The notes beneath the pieces were generated by a model. It made no database searches, was not told where the DNA came from, and saw nothing but the letters and a program-made list of their open reading frames with translations. From NCBI GenBank assembly GCA_013265495.1, contig MU058844.1, positions 13,910,184-13,974,183 on the forward strand: DNA of 64,000 nucleotides, written 5' to 3'. Shown here in pieces: positions 11,786 to 26,300 of this stretch. Origin of the DNA: Vicugna vicugna (Eukaryota). Made by a program: the position numbers and the translations under genes. Position 1 is the first letter of the stretch; every line of letters starts with the position of its first letter.

Positions 11786-12294
11786 TCATTTTTTTTTTTA
11801 ATTTGGTTCCCTTCCATAGTTATCAAACTCCTGTTCTTCTAATTCATCTTCTCATTGTTGATTATGTGAACCACACAGGATATTTATAAACCTGTCACTT
11901 CACGCCAAGCTGTAAATATATTGGTTGATTATTTACCAACAAATTCTCTTCAAAAATAAAGTTGTTTATCTTTTACAAAGATAGTGCAAGCTCTTATAGA
12001 AATCAGTAAAATTTAAAAAAATTAACTATAATTCCATAATTCTCCACTCCATAGATGAGATGTTTTTGTTTTGTCAGGTTGCTGCTTTTCGCCCTTTTGT
12101 GATTCTCATTTTACAATATTAACGTCTGTGTGTGCGGGTGTGTTTAATCTATCATACAAGTCATGCTTCAGTTTGGGGTAGTACCTTACTAGCCTCTGTT
12201 CATTCTTGCTCATGCACTGTGTTCTAACTACGTGTGTGTTCGAGCAAGCATCCCAGGGAAGCACAGGTGAATATCCTTCCTGCCATTGAAAATT

Positions 12295-12455
12295 CCATCT
12301 AGTGTGTTGATCTGTAATCCTGGCTCCGCATCAGAAAAATTGTCAGTGCCCTTTAAAAAGAAAAAGGGCCAGTGCTCAATGCTAAACCTTTTGAAATTAT
12401 ATCTGGAGGTGAACCCTAGACGTATATATTATTTTTTTAAAAAGACTTAGCATGT
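12295..12455. mobile_element. Degraded MER5-like hAT DNA transposon fragment
   Basis: GGCTCCGCATCAGAA...TTTAAAAAG...TCTGGAGGTGAACCCTAGACGTATATATTATTTTTTAAAAG pattern. Confidence 0.4.
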
Positions 12456-12582
12456 ATATTATTAACAAATGAAACAGAACAAAGAACAAACAATCCTCCA
12501 CAGGCGTTTTTCTTGTCTAGAATGACCTACAGTCTTTCCTACACATTTTCCCCCCTTTGGAAAGGTTTACTGCTCATATTGT

Positions 12583-13040
12583 TGTTTTTTTCTAGTTCAT
12601 TGAAGCATAATTGACATACAGCACTGAATATGTTCAAGGTGTGCAGCATAGTGGTTTGACTTACGTATATCATGAAAATGATTACTATAGTTTTAGTGAA
12701 CATTCATTATTTCATGTAGATACCATATTAAAGAAATAGAAAGAAAAGAAATTTTCTTGTCATGAGAACTCTCAGGGTTTATTTACTTTGTTAACAACTT
12801 TTGTTTATAACATACAGCAGTGTTCATTATCTTTACCATGTTGTACACTATACCCGTAATACTCATTTATCTTATAACTGGAAGTTTGTACCTTTTGACT
12901 GCCTTCATTCAATTCCCCACCCTGCCACCCCCTTTGGTGGCCATAAATCTGATCTCCTTTTCTGTGGTAAGTTCGTGTGTTTGTTTTTGAAGTGTACTTG
13001 ACCTACAACACTATGTTAGTTCCTGGTACACAAAACAGTC
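12583..13040 (-). mobile_element. L1 (L1MA-like) 3' UTR, antisense
   Basis: TTGAAGCATAATTGACATACAGCACTG...TGAGAACTC...CTTATAACTGGAAGTTTGTACCTTTTGAC motifs. Confidence 0.8.
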
Positions 13041-14497
13041 TAAACTATTTTTTTCCCGTATAGGTATATTGTTTTAACCATTAAGATGTAAAAAGATGCA
13101 TAATATCACATTAAATTAGTGTTCTGTACATATCCATTCCCCTAAGCCACGCATGATTTCTAATTTTTTCTACTTTCTATTATAAATCAAAAAATAATGA
13201 CCATTTTGTGCATATCCATTGTTATTTTATGTTTTGACAGGGAGAGTTTTTTTTCCTGAAAAGTATTCCTAGAATGAAATTATTAGCTTAAAGAATATGA
13301 AAAATTTTATGCTTTAAAAACTGCTTTTCAGTAGTCATAGAATGTTGTATTTCATCAGCAATAAGTGAAATAAACATTATCAGCACAACTTTCTTAGCTG
13401 CATTATAATCTAAAAATAATTCTTCTGCTTCGAGTCATTTTGTGCATATGATTAAATATTCTATCAATGTCTTGTGTTTTGGCAATGGTTATTTATTAAT
13501 GATCTTTAAGTTCAAAATATAATTAAGTTCAAATATAGAAATTAGCATGAATGAAACTATTATAGATTTTAGAAATATCATGTCCCTACTTACTGCATAG
13601 GTTAGCTTGTCTTTGCTAGTAGGTCAGCCAAGTACCTTTATTAGAAAAGTCTTTCTTTTCATATTCATCAAATGTGTTTCCAAATATGAGGTACCATTTA
13701 AAAAAATTTGTGTGTATTATAAAACCACAGTTTAAATCTTCATTTTTTCAGTGTATTTCTTATAATAAATGATATAAGAACATTCCTTGTAACTCAAAAG
13801 CAAGTAGCTTCTTTTTGTTGGAAAATCAAGTTTTTTTCATCTTTATTATAAATTTGGTAAACATTTAGAATTTTTTCTATGAGCCAAGAAGAGTTATCAT
13901 CACACCAAAATCATTAACATTACTTCAGCGTTAGTGAAAATGTCACATTTATCTTAGGGGTAGTGAATAGTGACATGAAACAGCTAGTATATGAAAACAA
14001 TTCTTAATGTAATTTGAATGTGCTAGTTCCTGAAGCCTTTGATTAAACCTTTCTTCAATCAATGGTCTCAGTGTTTCTACTTATTTCCTTTTGAGATCTG
14101 TTAGCAATGGTCTAAAATGTTATTTAAAACCAGTTTTTTTATCCTGGCCAAGAAAAGCTTTATTACTTAAAGCTATGCCTAATTTGCTGATCAAAAAATA
14201 AAACCAAACAAAGCCAAACCTGTTATTTTATTGCCAAGGATTAAACATGAGCACAGTACCTAAGGACAGGCTGTCTATTTCTTTTTGTCTTTTTTTTTTG
14301 TTTCCATGAGAGCTCATGTTTTACCAGCAATTTGGTCTCTTTGGAAACAAAGGGCTCTGGTTTAAATGCTCTACAAGGATGCTCTCTCCTGTTGCATTAG
14401 CAGTTTCTTATCACACTGGATGCTGGCAGTAAACGTAAAAAACTATAGGAATTCTGGATGGATGGAAGGTAGAAAGCTCCATAATCTAAGATAATAA

Positions 14498-15014
14498 TGA
14501 TTAAAAAACACACATACATACAGCTGGGATATAGAGACAAAGAAAAGCCAAGGTTAAAGCAGCAAAAGACTGATTATTGCCTGAAGCAAGGTCATTGTGT
14601 GTGAAATGAACAAAAGGACAAGTCAAAGGTAAAGAAATAGTTATATAATTCTGCTTCATAAACCGTATTAGAATAAATTCTGCACAAAAGGACCAGACAT
14701 TTTTTTACCTGGAGACCTTTAAAAGTTTGTACCACATCACAGGAAGGTTAGAGATGAGACCCCCAATTTTCACATTCCGAATTTTCTCTTAAATGCTGTT
14801 TTTATTTGCTTCTTTCTGTTTTGGACAAAGAAATATCCTTTCTTCACTTTTACATTAATGTTAATGTCTTCTGGTACTTTTCCACAAGCTTACTCCAGGC
14901 TTAGAAACTCAACCACTTTTGTTCAGTGGAGTTGAGTTCAGTCTCTCCCTTATAGCAATAATCTTAAAGTCTTCCTTGCCTTTTTAACTGGTTCAATGCA
15001 ACTCTTCTTTAACA
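14498..15014 (+). mobile_element. Solo ERV1-class LTR (MER34-like)
   Basis: About 520 bp, TG...CA termini, ending GGAGTTGAGTTCAGTCTCTCCC...AAAGTCTTCCTTGCCTTTTTAACT...TTCTTTAACA as recalled for MER34-group LTRs. No internal ERV sequence follows. Confidence 0.65.
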
Positions 15015-16019
15015 GTTTCTTTGTAAATGTTGTAAGTTGTGAATCACACACACACACAAAAACAACTTTGAGGATTTACAGGGATTTGATTAGGGGTTGA
15101 GAGGAATTCCAACCACTCTGTTAGTTACTTTAATTTTGAAATAGATCTTTAGGAGACTTTAATATCATAAATATAATTAGAAAATTATTAAAAATCAGTT
15201 GCTTGCTTTCCTTTTTTGAAACGGTTAAGTTTCCTCTTTCTGAAATGATTAAACTGAAAGGAAGCTGTAAGTAAACTGATAAGTTGCTGTCATTCGTCTG
15301 TTTTCATTTTACTGCCAAGAATATGATAAAATGATTTAGTAAGATCTGCTCTTTTTCTGGACACTTAGAATCCCTTAGAATCCCCCAGCAGGCATTCATC
15401 ACTCTTTCTATTGCCTGGCACACTACCAGGCTCACTGAAGAATCTCCATATATTTGTATAATATAAATATCTGTAACATGTTTGTTAAATTGAACTGTTA
15501 CTTAGACTGATTTTTCTGGAATTTGTATCTCACCATGGTCTCCCCTAGTTGATCATCTATCAACGTCAGAAAGAAACACCAACTTTTAAGCTTGCCATTC
15601 AAAACATGTCATCATTTGATTCCTTCTTGCCTATCTAGAGCCAACTGTTCATTCTTTTATTTGTTCCTTGGTTCAGCCTCTCCAGGGCCTCACAGAATTT
15701 CTGGTATTTGGTAGACACAGTGTTCACCATTGACCCTGGACCTCTCGCTGCCCTGCCTCGCCCATTGGACCAGACCTTCTTGGACAGTAATAACTGTCTG
15801 GATTAATCTTCAATTTACCATAGATTCTATGGTTGTTATGTTTTAAATCTCTTACATGTTTATCTAATCTGTTTCACCAGCAATGCCAGAATTCTTTCCC
15901 AGGACCGGAAATTCACTTTTCAGATTTCCCCAGTGCCTCCTTTCCCTAATTAGCACAAGTAATTACGTCCTGTTTTGATTTGTAGATAAACCTACTTAAA
16001 CTCTGGTAAAGCAAAGGCA

Positions 16020-16222
16020 TTTAGAGTCAAGGGAATTTGAGTTGGAATCTTGTTCTCATCTTTTACCAACTATATGATTTCTAACAAGTAATTTAAACTC
16101 TAAATTTTACACAAACTTATAAACTGTTGAGATTAATAATATCTACATCATAATTTTGTCATGAGTTCTGAACATTGTACTTAGCAGAGTACTGTGTACA
16201 GATTCTGCTCAGTAAATGTGAA
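16020..16222 (+). mobile_element. MIR SINE
   Basis: TTAGAGTCA...GAATCTTGTTCT...ACAAGTAATTTAAACTCT...ATAATATCTAC...CTTAGCAGAGT...GCTCAGTAAATG. Confidence 0.7.
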
Positions 16223-17399
16223 CTACACTTAAGATTATAATCATTACTGTGTTATTGATTTTTTACAAAGAATTTTTATAATGTGGCAACTTGTAATTTT
16301 TTCTGTAGTATTGATTTCTTTTTTTTTGTGGTAGACATTCCTGAACAAATGTTGGCAAGTTTCTAAACCCATTTCCAACTGCTTTTTAAGATAATGAAGT
16401 CTTCTTTCAAATTCATTGTAGCAGCAACAGAAACATACTTTCAATGTTTTTTTTTAATTGTTTATAGACTAAATCTCCAGAAATTGAAGTATTTACAGTT
16501 TATAATAATAAATAGAAATCAGCAGTTTCTTTGGTAAAGGTTCAGTATGATTGGAAAGTCTTAGCATATCTCCTGAAGAATTTGAAAATAAATATATAGT
16601 TTCTATTTTATTCTGCAATGTAGGCTTAAGAGATTCCAAGATTACTCCCAGGGTCACACAAAGACCACCCAAAATTAGACATAATTTTTGATGTGGTATT
16701 GGTACTTCCCTAGTGTATTGAGGGTTCTTTAGAAAATTACCAAAGCCACAAAAGTGAATTTGTCTTCTTTTTTTACATTAGGAGGGAGTTCTGTTCTCAC
16801 TTGTTTAAAGTAATGATTATAATCACATGGTTATTTGCTTAATTATTTCTCACAATCCTATGAAAATGGAAAACATGCCTTCATTTAGCTTGAGAAGGAG
16901 GGAAGCAGGGCCACTGTTGTTAACAACAGCGGTAACACAGCTTTGGGGTTGTTCTTTTCTGAGATAAAGATTTGAACAAAGCTAGGCTTACCCTTCCTTT
17001 AGGCATGTAACTTGGCATATTTTTCTTTGAATTACGGAGAATAGAGTATAGTTGGCAGAAAACTTATTTAAAGTTTTGAGACGTGATTTACTGATTTAAA
17101 AATTACATTTTAGAAAATCTATGTGGCATTCTCTCTAAAATCTTCATATTAATCTGTAAAAGATTCAATTATTGAATTGGCTAGGCACAAAAAGTGTATT
17201 TATATTTATTACTCATAGATTGCTTCCTAAGAAAATAAATGGATGAACTCTTTATTTTTGGTTTTTAGGGAAAATTAATTTCTAATTTCTTTAGTTATAT
17301 TTATATTTACATCTATCTAGAGTATATAAGATTTCCACTGAACAACTAAGTGGATATGTATGCAGATGGATATATGATCGTGGTTATTAGGTAAGGGTT

Positions 17400-17925
17400 A
17401 GATTAGTTAAGAGGTCTGGAATGAAGACATACTTTTGGAAGTTGTTGGCATAGAGATGGCATTTGCAGCCGTCATGGGTGGGATCAAGTGGGTATGTGTA
17501 GACAGGAAAGTGCAGAGTTCCAAGAATTGATTCCTGGGCACTTCCATATGAATAGGTAAGGAGGAATTGTCAGGACCAACAGATGGATTGAAAATGAGCA
17601 AACCGTGACATAGAAGGAAAACTAAAAGAATAAATGAATGAAGGAGGAGGGGATCGTCACTGGTGAGAATAGGCCACTGGATTTAGCACTGAGGAGGCCA
17701 CCGGCAACATTGACAGGATCAGCTTTGGTGGCTCTGTGGAGTGAAAGGCTGAACAGAACACGTTTAAGAGAAGGGAGGAGAACCGGAGACAACACACAGA
17801 GAAAGTCTTTTGAGGAAATTTGTTACAAAAAGGAACAGAGAACTAGGGCAATTGCAGATGGGAAAAGTGGAGTTGAGTGATGTTTTTCCCTAAGATGAAA
17901 GAAATGACAGCATATTTCTCTTTAG
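17400..17925 (-). mobile_element. L2 LINE fragment
   Basis: GAGGTCTGGAATGAAGACATACTTTTGGAAGTTGTTGGCATAGAGATGGCATTT and CTGGATTTAGCACTGAGGAGGCCACCGGCAACATTGACAGG, characteristic of antisense L2. Confidence 0.8.
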
Positions 17926-18759
17926 CCAGAGAAAAAAAATGAGGCATTATTCTTAAATATTTTGCAAACAAGTTCTGCTTATTTGGAGACAAAAAGAAAT
18001 GTTTTTAAATTGTACTCGACATGAACATAGTACATGGGCTCTGGATTGAAGGTGATTTAAAGAGTCTAACATAAAGTTGAAATGGTGCCTATTTTCTTTC
18101 ATCCTTGGTGATAAAATCTGTTTTCAAATTACACTTTGGTTGTGTCTGTGATTGTCTTTTATAGGAGAGGTTAAGGTTCGAAATACAGGAATTTGTTCTT
18201 TGGTATTTTAACCAATGGTGTATTGCGTGTGTCTGTCATTCAGTTGATCGGTAGCTGAGACAGACTCTGAAATCATCATAATCATGCTTCTTGTGACTGA
18301 TTTATGTGATGGAATTAAAACCACAGCTGCCACCCAGTTTTCTATGTTCTAATGATGACTCTGATAGCCTGAAATCCCAATCACAAAACAAAATCAATTA
18401 CTGATCTTTCAGTTGATAGTATAGAGGTAAAGTAGCATAAAGTAAAACTTGCACGCATGTAAGTACTTAGGTATTTGTTGATGCTATTAGCATGTTTTTA
18501 TCTCCAAATATTTTCAACTAAGCATGATTCAGATGATAGTAAAAACTCAGTCTTCTGCAAGTGCTGACTGCTGAAAGCAATAATTAGAATTTTACAAACT
18601 GTCATAAGCCAAAACATTTTTACTACTGTCTTTTATTTATATAAAACATTATACACTCTAAGACATTTGCAGAAACATCATACCATATTCATTGATATGG
18701 CATTAATTCAGTTATATGATTCCTACTGCAACTTGCATAGTACTTAAATTCTCTTTTGT

Positions 18760-19160
18760 TTCATTTATTAACAAATAATTATTGAACCCCCAGTCATCTT
18801 CCTTCCTGGGCATAGTGTTTTAACAAACCAGGCAGTCTTTGCTTTCATGGAATTTATATAAACAAATGCTGTCTATTATATGCTGGGTGGTGATGATGGG
18901 TATAAAATAAATAGGGATGTGAAGAAAGGAAGTGGGTGGTGTGGATGCCATGTTTATGGGATAGTCAAGACAAGCCTGGTCCTGGAAGAAGTCTGGGATA
19001 AGAGTGCTTCTGGCTGAGAGGACAGAAATGCAGAAATGTGATTAGTATGATCAAGGAGCAGCAAGGAACCATTGTGGCTGGAGCTGAATGAGTGAGTGGA
19101 AGAAAGATGGCAGACAACCTGAAGTATGGAACACCTAGGGGCATTTTAAGCCATGGTCAG
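18760..19160 (-). mobile_element. L2 LINE 3' fragment
   Basis: TTCATTTATTAACAAATAATTATTGAAC start, followed by CAAGGAACCATTGTGGCTGGAGCTGAATGAGTGAG. Confidence 0.7.
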
Positions 19161-20084
19161 AGCTTCCTTGACAAAAAACAAGCAAAAACTCCAAGTTATG
19201 ACATTAGTTGATCTATTAGTTGACTTAATTCTTTTTATACACAGTATAAAGCAAAACATGTTAACATGCTTTTACAGTACTCCGTGGATAAAATTAAATT
19301 GCATAGTGATATGCTTTTCAAATACTGTAGGTACATAAATTAGGCATGTGTAAATGTATATGATTTGCAATGGTTGTAAAATGGTTGACATTTTTCATCT
19401 TTCGAAGTTTGAGTCTTGAGCCTCCTTACACCTGCAACTTTAGGTTAACTACTCAGAGAGAGTGCTAAGCTGTTGTGTGGGTAATGTAGGCAGAGCTGCC
19501 TACACAAGGTGATTTAGCTCATGTCAGGCCCAATTCTTCGTACTCCCACACCCTATGATTCAAAAGCATTTCTCCCCCTAGCCCTGCCACAGGGCTGGAA
19601 GTTACCACATTATTCATTCTCTTGAGTTAAGGCACTGGAAGTTGCTACTAATTATCTAAATACCCTTTGAGAAGGAGGCAAACTAATCACTGTCTATTAA
19701 AAAACTCCCCTCAAATCCCATGAGCTGGGCAGTCATCTAGTAAGACACTGTGGCAATGAGACAGACATGTGGTTTCATGCGACTGCAAATGTCAGTTTGT
19801 GAATGTGGGATTTCCACTGAAGTTGTATTCAAACGTGATCCCTGGGCAACTGGGAATCAGAATAAGGGCACTGGAAGTAAAGAGGAGAGTGGTTAACTTA
19901 TATCACTAGTTATACTGGAGTTAACTCTACTCACTCTGCTGTGGTCTAGGGGAAAGCACTGAGATTCTGGGAGCAGAACTGGTAAATTATTTCACTTTTT
20001 TATGAGGCTGAAGAATCAAACCAAACAATGTACATAAAAGCACTTTCCTAAGTGATAATCAGAAGTGTTGTAGTATTTAGACTT

Positions 20085-23000
20085 ACTTGAAACAAAAGAA
20101 TGGAAGTTTGGATATAATGATACAGAATAAAAGATATTTCAGATAAATCTTAACCAAAAGGAAACTAGATTAACAATTTTAATAACAGACAAACAAATTT
20201 AAGAGGACTTAAAATTTTTTATCAAATAGATGTTCTTATAAAAGCAAAAATGGATCTAGAACACAAGAGTTGGAATGACTATATAACTTCATACATTCAT
20301 TACAAACCCACCCCTAGAAATCAGCTTTGTTTTAAGCCTCAAAATAAGCTTCATAAATTCAAAGAATCAATATCTCAAAAATTATCTTCTTTGATCATAA
20401 TACAATGAAATGAGATTGATAACAAGAGAAAAGCTGAAAATCCAATACATCTAGAAACTTAAATGAATACTATTGAATATTCTTGTGTGAAAGATGATCT
20501 CATAAAACAAATTGGAAAATACATGGAATTGTGCAACAATGAAAACACGATATACCTACACTTGTATTTCACAGCAACATTCTGCTTAGAGAAATATTTT
20601 TAGCTTTAAGTTCATTTATCATAGAGGAAGAAGGAATACAAAGGAAAAAGAAAAACTGAGACAAGCATTCACTTCAAGAAGTTAGCAAATCATTGACAGA
20701 ATGGTTGAGAAACAAATCCAGGCAAAGAAGAAGGTAAGCGATCACTGAAACAGAAAACAAAAGTTTAACCAAGCAAAACCTCATTCTTTGAGAAGATTCA
20801 TAAATAGGCAATTATCAGGTAAGTAGTCAAGAAAAATAGAAGCAATTTATATATAAATTCCAGAATGAAGAAAAATGCCTAACAGGTACAAAAGTGATTG
20901 CAAGATAGCAAAGGAATATTATGAACAATTATATGATAAATTTTGAATATTGAACAGAAATGTTTAAATTTGGGGAAAAGATATAAAATACCAAGATAGT
21001 GCAGGACAAAATAGAAAACTTGAGTAGACCATTATCTACCAAAAATCTTCAAGTGAAGATTAGAGCGTTCTTAATAAGAAGTTACAGACCAAATGGCTTT
21101 TATTGATGAGTTATTCCAAAAGTGGAAGAAACAAGTTATCCTTAAATATTTTATTGCAGAATATGGAGATAGACGAGAAGTTTTCCACTTAGTTTTATGA
21201 AGTTAATATAACCTTGATTCCAAACTGGAAAATGAAAGAACAAGAAAAAAAGAAGAATAGACTTATTTAAGTTATGACCATGCAAAAGTCGAAAAAAGTA
21301 TCCAAAATATTTCACAGTGATCAGTTTAGTCCAAGAATGCAAAGGTTATTCCACATCAGAAAATGTATCAACTGACCGCATGAATTGAAGGAAAACAATG
21401 ATCTCACTAGAATCAGAAAAAGAAGTTGGTGAAATTAACACTTAATTATGATTTTAAAACTCACAGGAAGCTACAGATAAGGAGAATTTTCAACAGCTTA
21501 CTTCAAGCTGTAATATCAAACACCTGCAGGAAATTCAGGAAGAATTACTTTCTAAGATCAGCAATACTAGAGATGTACCTTCGTACTATGACTCTGTAAC
21601 ATTTTACTAAGTATCTTGACTAATTTTATGAGAAAGAAAAAAGGAATGCAATGCATAAGGATTAGAAGAGAAGAAAATGCTGTCATTTTTTGTGGACTAT
21701 TTGATCAACCCTACAGAATCACTCAAAACAATATGGAACTAATAAAATAGTTTGTAAAGCTTCTGGATAAAAACAAATTTGGCATAACTGACTTATAAAA
21801 AAACAATAATGCCTTTTTATACTACAAATAACCAACTAGCTATTACATTAGAAATGGAAAAGAATATGAAAACAAATATATGTATGTATATGCATGACTG
21901 GAACACTGCAGATTGACACATTGTAACTGACTTACTTCAATTAAAAAACAGAAAAAAAAAGTATCATTCTCAAACAACCAAAATTAAAAATGATTTAGTA
22001 ATTAATTCAAGAAAATATGTAGAGAAGCTCTATGGGAAAAAATCGAAACTCTACTAAAAGACATAAAACAACACCTGCATAAATAAAGATCTTTTCTTGC
22101 TCACAGATAAAATCTCACCAGAGATGAATTAACTTACCAAAATATGTTAATCCCCAACAAATTAGTTTGTAAATTAAATCTGATCCCAACAGAATTTTTG
22201 AATCATTTAATGAGTGTATGCTAATATTTATATAAAAACATAAAATATCCCTGAAAAACTAGGCCAATTTTTAAAAAGAGCAAAGAAGGAGACTCATTAT
22301 AGAAAAATTAGAATATCATCCAAAGATACAGTGTGGCACTTATGAAAAAAACAAACATAAGGCCAATGAAGAACTCAGACCCATGTGTACAGGAAAGATG
22401 GACTGTTTACTAGGACACAGTATTGACGAATTGACTCCTTATATGGAAAAATTAGTTGGGACCACTGTTGGGTTCCAACTGTGTTAAAAACACATTTTAA
22501 AAGGAATAATTCTGAGCTAATAAAAATGTAGTTGATAATCACAATGCAAATGTATGGTGGATTTTACTAAATTAAAATATTCAGTTCAAGAAACGATACC
22601 ATATCTAATATCTAACAAGAGACTTTTCTTGAAATGTCAATTTTAAATTTTGAAACTTAGATTTCAAGGAAATATGCAAATACCCGCACGCACACACACC
22701 AGGAACTTCTATCGAAAAATGGGCAAAAGAGGTAATTCATCGAAAGAGAAATACAAGTGACTAATAAGCTTATGACGACATGCTCATGATCTCATGGAAA
22801 AGAGTAAGTTAAAATGACAGTGCAATGCTACTTTATCCTGATCAGTTGGTACATTTAACGGGTCAGGTTATCTCCAAGCACCAGTGAAGGGTGGAAAGGC
22901 TGCATTTCTAGTAGGAATGTAAATGGACACAGTTGTCTTACAGGACTCTGCAATCACACCCAGTTATAGATCCCAAAGAAAATCTCACACAGGTATGTTA

Positions 23001-23340
23001 GAGGGCAAGCATGAAGATTTTCATCGTAGTACTAATTTTGGTATCAGAAACCTGTAAGTAACCTAGGTGTGTATTTCTAGGGCAATGGAAAAGCAAACTA
23101 TGGGTCACCAAGAAACAAAGGAAGCAGTAAACAGAATATTAGATCTTAAAAATTCAACATCAAGGGGAAAATGTAAGAAAGAATGAGCTCTATAACACAT
23201 CTTACACACACACAAGACAATGTCATGTGCTCTCCATGGACAAACTGTTTTTCAGGTTATAGAATTAAATATTTGAGAATGATTGTCCATGTGGGAGACA
23301 GTAATGGGGTGTAGATTCTGGTAAATATACAAAGTAAAAT
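20085..23340 (+). mobile_element. Ancient L1M element: decayed ORF2 (endonuclease to RT to C-terminus) and 3' UTR
   Basis: A-rich + strand with collinear L1 ORF2-like motifs, e.g. AACCAAAAGGAAACTAG..TAACAGACAAA, TTCTTTGAGAAGAT, TTATGAACAATTATATG, TAACCTTGATTCCAAA, CCAAGAATGCAAAGGTTATTCCACATCAGAAAATG, AAAAATGGGCAAAAGA. No long ORF remains. Confidence 0.85.
21852..21960 (+). mobile_element. Short young L1 3' tail (artiodactyl/camelid type) nested in the old L1
   Basis: GAAAAGAATATGAAAACAAATATATGTATGTATATGCATGACTGG...ATTGACACATTGTAACTGAC..CTTCAATT plus an A tail; same family as 44330 and 51458. Confidence 0.8.
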
Positions 23341-26300
23341 GAAGTGAAGTCAAAAGAGATCCGTGAACTGTTGAGAGTAGTTAATTTAGTTCTTTTTATC
23401 TGGGGACCAACGGGAAATGTGAACTCAGGTAATGCTTATTTTCAAAATAATTACCCCACATGGCTTTTTTCAGGAATAAAAGGGAAAAAAAATTGAGGTA
23501 GTGGGAAGGGGAAAATTGAGATTGGTGAAGGGGGAAAGGAAAGTATCAGTGTTGGGGAACTTGGATTCAGTGGGATCTACAAGGAATCCCATTAGTGTGC
23601 TACCTTCAGTGAGGAGAAACTGATCAGGTGTCTGTAACGTTTTGCATTCTCTCTGGAAGCAGACTCAGGTTTCTTTGGACCAAATTCAAAAGAACACATA
23701 GTAACACAGCTGTAGTTGACTAGAATGCTCTGTATATTTTATATTTAAAAAACGCTTCGCATTTCTAAAAACATTTACTTGTTTGAAGATATATAGGGTG
23801 TTTTATTTTTTTACATTTATTTATTTGAAGACCTATAGGTATACAAATGAAAATCAGTTAAGGTTGTCTAGGGATATTGTCTGAGAATTTCTTATCTGGG
23901 CTTATGACTTGGAAGTTTGCAAGTGATTACTCCATTAGAAGTAGCTACAGAAGTTGGCGGCAAAAAAAAAAATGGAATGAGAATTAGGGATGACACGAAA
24001 GTCAGGAAAGAGGGGAGGTTTTCCCAATGGTCTAAAAATATAGCCATTGAAAACCTGTGTCAAGTGTCATCTTTGAACTTGTCTCAGCACTGAATAACTG
24101 TTGAGAGAGCAGAATAAACAAAACACACGCACACAGAAACCCAACCATAGCCCACGTCCAAATAATTGGCTTAACGTGTAACATAGCTTAAAAAATACAT
24201 AGCTGTCTGAGATACATACATTGTCTTATTTGAGCAATATCAGAATGCTGACTATGTCCCACTTAAAAGAAACCACATACTAGATAAGCACACTTTTACA
24301 ATATTTATGACTAAACCTACTTGAAATACATTTCTTTAGCGTTTTCCCAACACATTCATATATACAAACTATTTTTAAAAACCTTCAACACTGTAAAAAT
24401 AAAACGTGTTGCTAGTGGAGGAATGAAGTGTTCTGAGAAATGCAATAATTTAATTATGCAGCTTCTCTCATATTTACCACATTAATAATAAAACATGCAC
24501 CCACTCTCTTTTCTCTAGAATTCTGCTGTGGCAGTGGGGTTATGTTATATATATTACTATGAATACACTTTGGGCTTCCATAGCAGTGTATAGTTTCTGT
24601 ATTAAATATCAGTAATAAAAAGATGTCATGTTTAGGCATACATTTTTCAAAGGGCCATTTTAGTTTTCAATTTGCAGTTTATTTTCAAGACCTAACATCT
24701 TTATCCTGGAACAAAACAAAAAATATGACAGAAGCAGATACCTTAGATTGTGTCATTTTCTATGAGAAAGCCATATCGGCTAAAGAATCGGAGCTCTTGT
24801 TTTCCTGGTATTGAGGGGAGTGGAGGAAAATGGAAGTATAAATCTACTTCAGAAGCAAAATCCTTCCTATATGCAAAGTGTGCTAAATAAAAAATTCATG
24901 TATGTAGTTTTTAAAAATGGAAGCAGCCTCAAAGGCAAAATTTAAAGACCTTTATCTTTTGAAATTTCAACTTTAGAAAACTTTTTCTCTTGATGAGAGT
25001 TGCTGTGGTGATTATAAATCTATTTTTTAAGACACATAACTTGCACTTAAAATAGAATTGAGAAGTAATTTGAAGTAATATTGAATGCATATTATAATAT
25101 TATATTTTGAATTTCTGATCTACCACATCAAAAAGAAAAAAGATAGAAAAATTCAAACATTATTCCGAAATGTTTATTATATTTGTGTTAAATATATTTA
25201 TTGCCATAAATTTGAATATAATGAATAAACGTTGGTACACTGCCATCCAAAGATCAGAGAGGTGATGGACTATTTTATGCAAATTTTGTTGAGTATGTGA
25301 TGACTTTAGTTCAGAGTAAGGTAAAAACATTTACTGATTGCTTGTCATTTTTCAGGCACTCTTCAAAGTGCTTTGGTGTCAGTGAACAGAATGGATTAGA
25401 GTGTTTCCTTTGTGAAGCTGATGCTCTAGCATACTTAATGATTTAAAACCATTAATAACTTTAATAAAATGTAAATAAAACCTTAATATTTAAGAAATAT
25501 TAAACCTCTCAAATTGGCTCTGTCAAAAAATCAGCACAAATCAACAGTTCCCTGATCTTCTCCCAAAACACTGATTTTTGTAGTACAATTAATTGAGAAA
25601 ACAATCAAAATAACAGCTAATGTTCTCACCCGTTCATGCAAAGACCATAACATAGAGCTAATATGAAATGTTTAAAGATCATATTCTGGGCCTTTTTTTC
25701 ACTGTAAGTAGATTTATATTGTTGGAGCATAACTGAATACAAGTTGGCTCTTTTTAATTCCATGATTTAGTGATAGGATTTTTAGATCCAAATTCGCTCA
25801 TTTTTTTGTTTTCCTTAAATCCATCTCTGGTTTGGAGACTATGAAAATGTATGGTAGTAGCCAAAAAAGAAATTTCCCAAACTTATAATTAATTATGTAG
25901 CCCAGAAGCAAACTTGTTTTATAATCCTACAGGCAATATACCATATTTGGCATTAGTAGCCATTTTCTTCAAGAGTATGAGCTCTCCAAAATGAAAGTAA
26001 TATTATAGCTATTGAAGCTATTTAAATTTCAAACAATTTGAGGTCATTCAATTCTATAAATGAAAATGTAAGAAGTTGCATTTGTCTTTAAAGTAGATGC
26101 AAATTATTTTATTTCTAGGACAATCCACATTGCAGTAGGAAACTGAGTAATAATGAAACACCTACATTGTGTGGCATATATGAAGCATCACGAAAAAAGA
26201 AATCTTGACTACTGAAATAATACGGTAAAAAGACAGGTAATATGCTTATTTTCTAAAAACTCTTTATCTTAATTATTGTAGGCTGTTTAATGACTCAGAA

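Noticed and set aside
20085..23340. Possible active retrotransposon / reverse transcriptase gene
   Set aside because: ORF2 is riddled with stops and deletions; it is an ancient fossil.
23570..23770. Segment that looked like a retrocopied mRNA 3' UTR fragment
   Set aside because: I could not name a parent gene and saw no poly(A) tail or TSD; a BLASTn against mRNAs is needed before any claim.
23771..23839. Imperfect 27-bp direct repeat (ACATTTA.TT.TTTGAAGA..TATAGG)
   Set aside because: Only two copies in AT-rich DNA; ordinary local duplication, not an array.
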